Part shown: positions 8,202 through 16,893 of the stretch, piece by piece
Layout: each line of letters opens with the position of its first letter
How positions within the stretch are numbered: the stretch's first letter is position 1
NCBI GenBank assembly: GCA_029855935.1
Contig: JAGSHN010000025.1
Location: 32,001-96,000 of the forward strand
Source of the DNA: Candidatus Thorarchaeota archaeon
Lineage (GTDB): Archaea; Asgardarchaeota; Thorarchaeia; Thorarchaeales; Thorarchaeaceae
Direction: 5' to 3'
DNA: 64,000 nt
Notes under the pieces: generated by a model
The model's input: only the letters and a program-made list of their open reading frames with translations
Database searches by the model: none
Told to the model about the DNA's origin: nothing
Position numbers and translations under genes: made by a program

Positions 8202-10871
8202 ATGAGTCTCCGATGGGTCGTCAACCTCTGTCCGTTCCTCCACTTCGAGAACTCCGGTGTGAAGGACTACGAACACAATGTGAGCATTGCCTCTTGGAAC
8301 CTGAAGAGTTTTCTCGACTTTCTAGACGCGGACGAGTCGCACAGATTCTGCGTGGGTCAGGTCACACTTCTTGAGGGGTTCAAGAGGCTATTCCCCAACT
8401 ACTGGGACAAACTACACGAGGCCGTCCTCAAGGGACGTGTGGAGATTGTCGGCGGAGCCTACGTGATGCCAGACTTTGTCATCCCTGATGGAGAGTCCAT
8501 CGTGAGGCAGTTCCAGTACGGGCTGAGATTCATCCGCGAGGAGCTCGGGGTCGATGTCCGCACAGGTTGGGCAATAGACTCATCCGGCCAGTGCTCGCAG
8601 CTCCCTCAGATTCTCAGGCAGTGCGGTATTGATACCTTGTTTTTCTGGAGAGGCATGCCCCATGATGCGCCAACAGAATTCGTCTGGAAGGGCCTCGACA
8701 AGAGCAGAGTGAACGCTGTCTGGCTCGCAGCAGGATACGACCTCGCAGCGTGGCTCTCCGAGAACATCCGAGAGGCCTTCTCGACCTTGCTTGACATCAT
8801 CGAGAGGCTCGGTCCGCGTGCAGCCTCTCATAATCTGTTCGTCCCCGTCGGGGGAGCCCTCGTGCCACCGCCGCCTCATCTTGTGGATATTGTTCGAGAG
8901 TGGAACCGCGCATTCGCAGATATGCGAGCCGTCGTGGTAACGCCACGGGAGTTCGCAGACAAGGTACGCTCAGTTCAGTCCAAGCTATCAACGATTGCGG
9001 GGCCACTGATCAGCGGCCGGTTTGCCCCGGTCCGACTGGGCGGACTGAGCTCGCGAGTCCGGCTGAAGATTCTCAATCGCAGGCTTGAAACTCTGCTCTA
9101 CCTTGTCGAGCTGTATCTAGCCCTCAGCCAAGACAGGTCAAGAGCCACCGAGCTTGACAGCCTCTGGAAGATCCTTCTGTTCAATCAGGACCACAACATC
9201 ATCAGAGGTGTCATTGCGGACGGCCCTTATCAGCAGGCCCTGCGACGCTACGAACAAGCCATCAGTCAGGCGGAAGAGATCCTGGCAGACGCTGTCCCAA
9301 GGGCTGTCTCCGGACTGGTGGAGGGCGACGAGGGACTTTCAATAGTCGTCACCAACCCGGTGGGGTGGTCAAGAGATGGCATCGTCCGGGTGGAGATTGA
9401 CAAGTCTGCGATGGAATGTGACATCTTTCAGATAGTGGACTCCAGGGGCGTGTCGGTACCATATCAGATAGCCAACAGCAGAGATGACGGTACAGTGGAG
9501 GTCATCTTTGTCGCGTCTGGAGTGCCGAGTCTAGGTCACGAGGTCTTCACTGTCGCCCCCTGTGAGGAGGGACCCGAGTTCGAGACGTCAATCAAGACTG
9601 GTCCTAACTGGGTCGAGAACGACCGTTATGTGATAGAGTTTGACACATTCAGTGGGGCAGTGACACGCATTCTTGACAAGTGCAATCAGTTCGAGGTGCT
9701 GAGGGGACCCGGCAACTACATCCTCCTTGAGAACGACGTTGGTGATCTCTATCGCTACGACCGGAGCGACCTCGCACCGAGTCATCACGACCTGACCAGT
9801 CTCCGGACATCAGGCAATATCGAGATTGTCGAGAGCGGTCCTGTGAGAGCGGTCGTCAAGGTGACAGGTAAGGTCGGCCAGTGCACGAGAACCCAACTGG
9901 TCACAGTGTATCACGGTATCGACAGGATAGATTTCGAGACCACGATAGACTTCGATGGGCAGGACCAGAGAGTCTCGGTGGAGTTCCCGCTGACGGTGTT
10001 CACAGACAGGGTCACAGTGGGTGCACCCTTTGCCGCTGAGTCGAGAAACACCGGGGGCAACGACAGTGACTGGAGCGAGCCTAATGGTGGTGTGTTCCCA
10101 GCGCTGGACTGGGTGGATTGCACTGGCCCAGAGTATGGTGTGACCCTCATCGTGTTTGGACTTCACGAGTTCTCTTTCAGAGATGGTGTTCTGAAGATGA
10201 CTCTATTTCGCAGCGTGGACCATCTATCTCGTGGTCTTGATGACGAGGTCGTGGAGACAGACCTGAGCAGGGAGAGAGGGAGTCACAGGTTCACCTATTC
10301 ACTGCGACCACACGCCGGCGACTGGCGCGAGAGTCAGACGTGGCGGGCGGCAACGGAACACAGGCTCCCTCTAATTGCAGTTCTCAGGACAGGTCATTTG
10401 CGCTCAGGCGGTGAGCCGCTCTCTATGCTGACAATCTCTGGGGTGGATCTCGTTGTCTCCAGCATCCGTCCCGGCAACCGAGACGATGAGATTCTCCTAC
10501 GACTGTACGAGCCCGCAGGCGAAGATGGCGTGACAAGGCTGACGTTTGCAAGACCAGTCGATAGTGCGGTGTTGGTCGACTTCAGGGACCACGACATAGG
10601 TGAGCTACCTGTGGACGATTCGACTGTAACTGTGCCTGTCGATGGGTACTCCATCATAACGCTGAGAGTCAAATTGAAGAGCGCCCCACCCGCGACAATG
10701 AGGAGAGGCGAAATGACCTTCGAGGCAGGAACTGAAACGCACGCCGAGGAAACTGCCGCGAAGGAAACAGCTGGGGATGAGCGGACAGCAGAAGAAACCG
10801 AAGTGGCAAAAGAAACTGGGTCGTCCGAGGAAGATACTGGGCCAACACCAGAGCACACTGGGACGGGTTAG
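8202..10871 (+). CDS. GH38 alpha-mannosidase-like protein with altered active-site residues and acidic tail
   Basis: VEIVGGAYVMPD..IPDGESIVRQ, GWAIDSSG, FVWKGLD, LLFNQDHNIIRG, C-terminal LLRLYE. Alternative GTG start at 8190. Confidence 0.88.
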   Translation: MSLRWVVNLCPFLHFENSGVKDYEHNVSIASWNLKSFLDFLDADESHRFCVGQVTLLEGFKRLFPNYWDKLHEAVLKGRVEIVGGAYVMPDFVIPDGESIVRQFQYGLRFIREELGVDVRTGWAIDSSGQCSQLPQILRQCGIDTLFFWRGMPHDAPTEFVWKGLDKSRVNAVWLAAGYDLAAWLSENIREAFSTLLDIIERLGPRAASHNLFVPVGGALVPPPPHLVDIVREWNRAFADMRAVVVTPREFADKVRSVQSKLSTIAGPLISGRFAPVRLGGLSSRVRLKILNRRLETLLYLVELYLALSQDRSRATELDSLWKILLFNQDHNIIRGVIADGPYQQALRRYEQAISQAEEILADAVPRAVSGLVEGDEGLSIVVTNPVGWSRDGIVRVEIDKSAMECDIFQIVDSRGVSVPYQIANSRDDGTVEVIFVASGVPSLGHEVFTVAPCEEGPEFETSIKTGPNWVENDRYVIEFDTFSGAVTRILDKCNQFEVLRGPGNYILLENDVGDLYRYDRSDLAPSHHDLTSLRTSGNIEIVESGPVRAVVKVTGKVGQCTRTQLVTVYHGIDRIDFETTIDFDGQDQRVSVEFPLTVFTDRVTVGAPFAAESRNTGGNDSDWSEPNGGVFPALDWVDCTGPEYGVTLIVFGLHEFSFRDGVLKMTLFRSVDHLSRGLDDEVVETDLSRERGSHRFTYSLRPHAGDWRESQTWRAATEHRLPLIAVLRTGHLRSGGEPLSMLTISGVDLVVSSIRPGNRDDEILLRLYEPAGEDGVTRLTFARPVDSAVLVDFRDHDIGELPVDDSTVTVPVDGYSIITLRVKLKSAPPATMRRGEMTFEAGTETHAEETAAKETAGDERTAEETEVAKETGSSEEDTGPTPEHTGTG

Positions 10872-11358
10872 TCTCAGCTGTCACGGTTCCCGGTGGGCAT
10901 ATGTCACAACTCCGGCCTATCCAGAAATGGGAACATTGATGGTACTTGACTACGGACCCCCGACCTTAGACGGAAGGATTCGTTGGACCCAGCTCTCCAA
11001 CGCGTGGCAGGTTCCTGAGAACGGGCAGGGCTACGTTGGCGTGACCCGCCAGTTCGAGATCATCAGTGGAAGACTTCCTGGAGATACCCAGGTACTGCTC
11101 TCACCGGTCCGGCTGTCGCGGATGGTATTGTGACCATAGCGGTGCTTGTGACCACGACACGAAAAACCATGCCAAGGTGACGAGGCAGCTCTGGGCAGTG
11201 ACCTTATTGAGCACGGCCACACGGGCGGCACTTGACCCAAGATGCGAATGCCACGAAATGCGACTGGTGGGGGATGCTCCGGAGTTGTCCCAGATACGCT
11301 TTTGAGGTGATGTTGTCGACAGATATCTCCCAGCAAAGGGCACTTGGAGGACCAAAAC

Positions 11359-12258
11359 GTGAGTGACTTCTATCCTATCTCGCCCCTCATCGGGATCACC
11401 AACACGAGTTATGCTGCCCAGGCCGGAGTGATGGATGACAAGTGGGCCGTGAGGGTCGTCAGAGGCAAGAAAGTCATTGCAGAGAAGACCATCAACTCAC
11501 TTGACCTTGAGAGTGTGGTGGGAGTGATCTACGGCCACGCGCGGATAGAGGGTCTGAGCAGACATTCTGTGGCAATGACGGCAGGCAGGCTGATGCAGTA
11601 CGCACGAAGATACCAGCAGTCCGGGGTCTGTCCCAACTTCGAGGTCCCTGACCTTGTGCATCTTGATGGGACCACACATAGTGCGCCACATGACGAGACT
11701 CCGCAGACCGTGACTGCCCCTGGGGCAGGCAGCACACCGAATTCGGCGGCGGTCGACGAGAGCAGAACCGCACAGCAGGAGATCTCACTTGAGAAGCTGG
11801 GCACTGTTCCCGAGCTCTCGACGCCGGGCCTGAAGGATCTGTGGAGGTCGTGCGTAGAGGCACGCGCGCACGCGATTCTGGCTATGGCTCTATACGGCGC
11901 CTCGCTCCCTGAGGGCCACACTGCCGCGCTATTCGACATGGCCGTCGAGAATATCGTATGGGACTGGAGCAGGAGCGGTGACGCGGCCGAGATGATACGA
12001 CGATTCGCATCGTTCATTCAGAGCTGCTCAGGAGAGAGCCAGATTCCCGTCACGAAGGGGGCACGGACTATCGAAACAGGCACGTGCGAACTTCTTCGCA
12101 TGGCACGGGAGCTCGACCCAGAGGCGCAGCGCATACCAGCCGGCTATCCCTGCAAGTTCCACGAAGCACTGGCTCGACGCGTCAGCGAGATAACTGGCGT
12201 CAAGATACTCGTCAACGCATCATCAACAGGATGCAAAGTGACGTTTATGGTGGAGTAA
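11359..12258 (+). CDS. Two-domain hypothetical protein with a C-terminal V4R/MetOD-like Cys-containing domain
   Basis: GTG after GGAGG. A P/T/A-rich linker separates the domains. The C-terminal TCELL...YPCKFH...TGCKVTF pattern resembles V4R-type folds. Confidence 0.6.
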   Translation: MSDFYPISPLIGITNTSYAAQAGVMDDKWAVRVVRGKKVIAEKTINSLDLESVVGVIYGHARIEGLSRHSVAMTAGRLMQYARRYQQSGVCPNFEVPDLVHLDGTTHSAPHDETPQTVTAPGAGSTPNSAAVDESRTAQQEISLEKLGTVPELSTPGLKDLWRSCVEARAHAILAMALYGASLPEGHTAALFDMAVENIVWDWSRSGDAAEMIRRFASFIQSCSGESQIPVTKGARTIETGTCELLRMARELDPEAQRIPAGYPCKFHEALARRVSEITGVKILVNASSTGCKVTFMVE

Positions 12259-12355
12259 CAGGAGGACGTCGCCGACAATCTTAAATCAATCGGACAGGTT
12301 CAATCACAGAACAGACAGGTCTCAAAGAGACCGCCACAAATGGGAGATTGACCAT

Positions 12356-12631
12356 ATGGCGTACCTCACGTGGAGAGAACACGTTCGCTCAGGGCCGGTG
12401 TGCCTTGGGATTCTTCTTGTCATAGCGGGCGCAGTGATTGCGATTCTGCCCAGAATGGAGACATATCTTCTGGGACCACAGTCCGTACTCTACGGCGCAA
12501 TCATAGCCGTCATCGGGCTGATAATTCTAGTCTCAGGGTTCTTCTTCACCAAGAAGAAGCGTGACTCTGTCCTCGGGCCGGTTGACACCAAGCAGGAGGA
12601 CGTACCTCCGCCGCCACCGCCTCCGGACTGA
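12356..12631 (+). CDS. Small 2-TM membrane protein with C-terminal poly-proline (P7)
   Basis: Two hydrophobic helices, KKKR stop-transfer, ends DVPPPPPPPD. Confidence 0.75.
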   Translation: MAYLTWREHVRSGPVCLGILLVIAGAVIAILPRMETYLLGPQSVLYGAIIAVIGLIILVSGFFFTKKKRDSVLGPVDTKQEDVPPPPPPPD

Positions 12632-12684
12632 GAGCACGGCTGTAGCAGTAGCCGCGACACAACAATGACAATGAGAGAGGACCT

Positions 12685-12728
12685 GGGGCGAGCACGCTTG
12701 CCCCGAGGGTTCTCCCACTTCTCTTTTT
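12685..12728 (+). terminator. Hairpin plus U5 terminator
   Basis: GGGGCGAGC/GCTTGCCCC stem followed by TTCTCCCACTTCTCTTTTT. Confidence 0.55.
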
Positions 12729-12918
12729 GGCTGCACGATCAGCTGTTCTCGTGATAGTTAGGAATCCGGGCCCCATCACGGGTCAGTCCCCAGACTGGTA
12801 TGTCCAAAAGACTCCCACAGGCAGCTGGCGTGCTCAGCCGTCCGAAACACGGGCAAATCTAATATGCGACGAAGACGTGCAGATAGAACACCGAAACGAT
12901 TCAGGATGGTATCACGGT

Positions 12919-13209
12919 ATGACTGTTCTTGAATATCGCGACAGCAAGTTTCACGAGTGCAAGGGCGAACCAACGACCCCGATCACTCTGAAGGTCGACG
13001 AGTCGCAGAAGAAACTCATTCTCACCGTACCGAACGGTGTGAGTATGATTGAGCGTCGTGCAGCAGAGAGGAACGCCCGTGCCATCCAAAAGACGGGCTT
13101 CCAGACGGAGAGGCGGGGAAGCATTGGCAGGGGCTACGAGCTGGTGATTGAGGGTCACGGTGGGTCGCTGCCGGACAGGCTGACCCGTTCGCCGAGAGAG
13201 GTCTACTAG
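12919..13209 (+). CDS. Small hypothetical protein, possibly gelsolin-fold-like
   Basis: 96 aa from ATG 12919. Pattern LKVDESQKKLILTV-GVSMIERRAAERNARAI (strand-strand-helix). Confidence 0.6.
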   Translation: MTVLEYRDSKFHECKGEPTTPITLKVDESQKKLILTVPNGVSMIERRAAERNARAIQKTGFQTERRGSIGRGYELVIEGHGGSLPDRLTRSPREVY

Positions 13210-13286
13210 GCAGTTCATCCTGACGAGCGATAGCCGTTCAGGCCCGTCGTGAGAGTACCCGCAGGCTCAATGGAGTGTGATGGGAA

Positions 13287-15071
13287 GTGGCAGATGAAGG
13301 TGTGAGGCGACTCATTGAGGAGGCGACGAAGGAGTCACTCAATCAGTCGTTTATCGAGGCTGGAAGAAAGTACATAGCTGCAGCTGAGCAGCTGGAACAG
13401 CAGGGCAACCACGAGGAGGCAGAGCGCACGTATCGAAAGGCGGCCGAGGCCTACGAACAGGCCGCGAACAAGTATCGCAGCTCCAAGTCATACAAGAACG
13501 CCGCGCTGAACATGTGTCTCGCCGGTGACATCTATGCAGATCTGGCTGACTCTGACAGGGCAATCCGGGCATATGCCACCGCTGCCGAGGATCTGCTTGC
13601 GGCCTCTGGCGAATACCTGATGTGGGGCGAGGAGTCCGAAACCCGGAAGGGGACCGCTCTTGCAGTCACAGCGAGCATGATCTATCTGATGATTGGAATG
13701 GACGACAAGGCCTTCCAGAGCGCGAGAGTCTTTGCCTCCCAGAACGCGTCGAAGCTTAGATTCCCCGCGACCATTAGACTGAGCCAGATCCCCCAGATGC
13801 TCGAGGGCGCAATTCACAGCGTAGACATCCAGTCATTCAGCTCTGCGGAGAACGCGATAGTCACAGAACTGAAGGCGGCACTGAACAATGCGAATGCACA
13901 GGACTTCATCAAGTACGTTGACAAGGGACTGGAGATGGCGCGCGAGATACTGCGCGGCCAGCTGAAGATGCCAAAGATACGCGCCTCGCTCGACCTGCCC
14001 GTCGATGTGACATTCAAAGAGGAGTTCCCGCTCCGTGCAGTGATTCAGAACGTTGGTGATGGTGACGCACACAGGCTGAAGGCCGAGTGGGTGCTCGACG
14101 AGGGCCTTGTCTTGGTGAGAGGAGATCGGACGCAGAGCGTCGAGAAGCTCCCACCCGACCGGGAGATTGTGATGGAGATTGGGGTCAAGTGCGCAGACCC
14201 CAACCTTGAGGGAGTGCGAGAGTACCAGGTGCTTCTCCGCGGAACGTACGCTGACATGCTCAGCACAGAGTACACTCTGCAGGCGGGACCCGCATCACTC
14301 GTCGTCCGGGACTTCAAGGTGACAGAGAAGCTGCAACACGATGCAGACGTGACTGAGGGACGCATCAGCCTGTTGAGGTCGACCGTGGAGGCGGGTGACC
14401 TCGAGACCGAACCGCTGCTGAGAATAGTCGACAGTCTTGTAGAGTCGCTCAAGAGTGCAAGGGTACAGATACAGCAGGGTGAGCTCGATGAGGCGAAGGC
14501 CAAGATAGCGTTGATCAACAAGATGGTGGATACCGTCGACTCGACTGTCGGCGACGATGCTCTCGTTCAGCGGCTCAAGGTGGAACGCGAGAGGGCCAAG
14601 AGAGAGTTCGCCTCGCAGACAGTGAACACTCTCGAACAGGGCGTCACGAATGCGCTTGAGCGCACTCTCGGAAGGATACAGGCGGAGACTACAGCAGCAC
14701 TGAATCGCTGGGACCAGAGAGCCAGTGGCATCAAGGACGCGGCTGAGGCACTGCACGGTCTCCGGACTGCTCTCTCCGACATAGTGGCCGAGCTGGACCA
14801 GCTCTATCAGCAGCTTCCGACTGCGTCATCAACAGACGACCCGCAGGAGGCGGCGCGAAGAACAAAGGCAAGGAACGTGATCGAGCAGATTCGCAGCAGG
14901 GTCGCAGAGGTGCGTTCGAAGATAGAGACCATAGCGTCCTCGAGTACCTTCCAGCCCGGAACACGGCCGGATGTGCCCGAGGAGGTAAGATTGGCAAAGG
15001 ACCTTGTGGAGGAGCTCAGGCGCGACCTGGTGACGCTATTTCAGGGGAAGAAGAGCGAACTCACCAGATGA
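13287..15071 (+). CDS. SNAP/TPR-like solenoid + Ig-like domain + coiled-coil protein
   Basis: AAEAYEQAANKYRSSKSYKNAA repeats; CARDB-like LRAVIQNVGDGDA; long heptad-rich C-terminus. Confidence 0.75.
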   Translation: MADEGVRRLIEEATKESLNQSFIEAGRKYIAAAEQLEQQGNHEEAERTYRKAAEAYEQAANKYRSSKSYKNAALNMCLAGDIYADLADSDRAIRAYATAAEDLLAASGEYLMWGEESETRKGTALAVTASMIYLMIGMDDKAFQSARVFASQNASKLRFPATIRLSQIPQMLEGAIHSVDIQSFSSAENAIVTELKAALNNANAQDFIKYVDKGLEMAREILRGQLKMPKIRASLDLPVDVTFKEEFPLRAVIQNVGDGDAHRLKAEWVLDEGLVLVRGDRTQSVEKLPPDREIVMEIGVKCADPNLEGVREYQVLLRGTYADMLSTEYTLQAGPASLVVRDFKVTEKLQHDADVTEGRISLLRSTVEAGDLETEPLLRIVDSLVESLKSARVQIQQGELDEAKAKIALINKMVDTVDSTVGDDALVQRLKVERERAKREFASQTVNTLEQGVTNALERTLGRIQAETTAALNRWDQRASGIKDAAEALHGLRTALSDIVAELDQLYQQLPTASSTDDPQEAARRTKARNVIEQIRSRVAEVRSKIETIASSSTFQPGTRPDVPEEVRLAKDLVEELRRDLVTLFQGKKSELTR

Positions 15072-15078
15072 GGGAGTC

Positions 15079-16284
15079 TCACGTCCTCTTCTTCTCCATG
15101 AACTCCTCCAGCCTGTCCATCGCCTCGGATATTGTTTCAGGCGGTGGGAGGAAGACGCTTCTAAAGTGCGAGGCCCCATAGACCGGACAGAATCCGGAGC
15201 CAGGGACAAACACGACACCCGTGCTGTTCAGCACATCGAGGACGAACTCTGTGTCGTCCTTCCATCGTCCTTGCAGGTCAATCTTTGGCATGATGTAGAA
15301 TGCAGCCTGCGGAAGTCTAGTGGATATCGAGTCAATCTCATTCAGGCGCCGATAGATTAGGTCCCTTCTCTCCCGGAGCCTTCGCATCATCTCCTTCAGG
15401 TGGGAGCCTCTGCTCTTCAATGCTGCCGCGGCAGCGTACTGCGCTGGAGCATTCACGCATATCCTGACACGTGCCTGTCGAATCATGGCATCATGTATAG
15501 GATTGAGCTCACCGTCCTGGTCGTGGAAATAGATGTAGCCCACACGCCAGCCTGGGGCGAGATAGACCTTTGATATCCCGTTGAAACCAATGACAGGAAC
15601 ATCCTTGGCGACACGGGCTGTAGGCGTCTGAGGCCTGTCGAATGTAAGCTGGTCGTAGATCTCGTCCGTTATGAGAGGCAGGTCGAACTCACCAGCGATG
15701 TTGACTATCTCTCGAATCGTCTTCTCCTCATAGACGGCACCAGTTGGATTGTTGGGGTTAATCACAAGCAGGGCGACGGTCTTGTCAGTTATCTTGCTGC
15801 GCAGGTCGTCGGTGTCCGGGCTCCAGTCCTCCTCCTCGATTGTGCGGTAGGTGATCGGCTTGCCGCCAAAGAATGAAACAAAGGAGAGATATGGAGGGTA
15901 GGCAGGCCCCGGAAGAAGGAACTCGGCTCCGTCCCGAACTAGTGCTCCGGCGAGGAATTGGATGGCCTCTGAAACTCCCGCAGTGACGATTATCCTCTCA
16001 GCATCGATGTCTATCCCATTGACACGACGCTCCTTTTCGATAGCAGCCTCCTTCAGCTCAGGAATGCCGTCCGACGGAGAATAGAAGCTGGCACCTTGTC
16101 TCGCTGCCTCACACAGAGCATCCACCATCAGATCTGGTGTCTTCCAGTCGTACTTCAACGGATCACCGATGTTGAGGTAGAGTGGACGTGTCCCTGTTCT
16201 CTTCTCGTACTGCCGCGCAGCTACAACGATGTCCCGGATAGCGTATCTGAGATTCTTTGCACGTTCGGTTATTGCCGCCTTCAT
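15079..16284 (-). CDS. PLP-dependent class I/II aminotransferase (alanine aminotransferase-like)
   Basis: YAIRD, LNIGDP, INPNNPTG, DEIYD, GISKVYLAPGWRVG. Confidence 0.93.
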   Translation of the reverse strand: MKAAITERAKNLRYAIRDIVVAARQYEKRTGTRPLYLNIGDPLKYDWKTPDLMVDALCEAARQGASFYSPSDGIPELKEAAIEKERRVNGIDIDAERIIVTAGVSEAIQFLAGALVRDGAEFLLPGPAYPPYLSFVSFFGGKPITYRTIEEEDWSPDTDDLRSKITDKTVALLVINPNNPTGAVYEEKTIREIVNIAGEFDLPLITDEIYDQLTFDRPQTPTARVAKDVPVIGFNGISKVYLAPGWRVGYIYFHDQDGELNPIHDAMIRQARVRICVNAPAQYAAAAALKSRGSHLKEMMRRLRERRDLIYRRLNEIDSISTRLPQAAFYIMPKIDLQGRWKDDTEFVLDVLNSTGVVFVPGSGFCPVYGASHFRSVFLPPPETISEAMDRLEEFMEKKRT

Positions 16285-16399
16285 TGCTCGGGTACCCGGT
16301 CGGCCACCCGGCACACGCAGTATATCTTATTATCGGAATGCGAGACCGACCTACTGAGGAGGTTGCAGTTGGCCCTGATATACCGACCAGCGGGCAAGA

Positions 16400-16789
16400 C
16401 TATCCCGTCAACAGCTTGCCTATCTCACGGGCATATCTTCTCATCTGGGTGACTGCCAGGCCCATCGATGTGATGTCCTTGGCCGACCCCATAAGCAGGA
16501 AATCGCCTGCGTGCGACAGGACCACAAAACCATTCTTGCCGCGGACAACGACTTCGTAGAGATCGTCGAGTCCCAACTTCTGAGCGGCCATCTCGCCCTG
16601 CACAAGCAGTGCGGCGCTGACGGCAGCCATCAGGTCGGGATCTGCGTCCGAGTCCTCAGTTGCAAAATACGAGAGCTTGACGCCCTGCTTGCTCACGACA
16701 GCGATAGCGTCAAGGTCTGCGATGTCTGTCAGTCCCATCAGAAGCTCTATGAGTTCTTTCTCCTTGGCCGGGTCTAGCTGTATTGACAT
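16400..16789 (-). CDS. Roadblock/LC7 domain protein
   Basis: AIAVVSKQG, LMAAVSAALL...AAQKLG, EVVVRGKNGFVVL, MGLA; 129 aa. Confidence 0.88.
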   Translation of the reverse strand: MSIQLDPAKEKELIELLMGLTDIADLDAIAVVSKQGVKLSYFATEDSDADPDLMAAVSAALLVQGEMAAQKLGLDDLYEVVVRGKNGFVVLSHAGDFLLMGSAKDITSMGLAVTQMRRYAREIGKLLTG

Positions 16790-16893
16790 AGTCCCTTCCT
16801 CTAATGTCCTCTGTTCAGAGCATCACCGCTAAAATAGATTGTTCATCCGTAGTACCGGATGCTGCACTCTTGGAATCGCAGTCACGCGCACAT

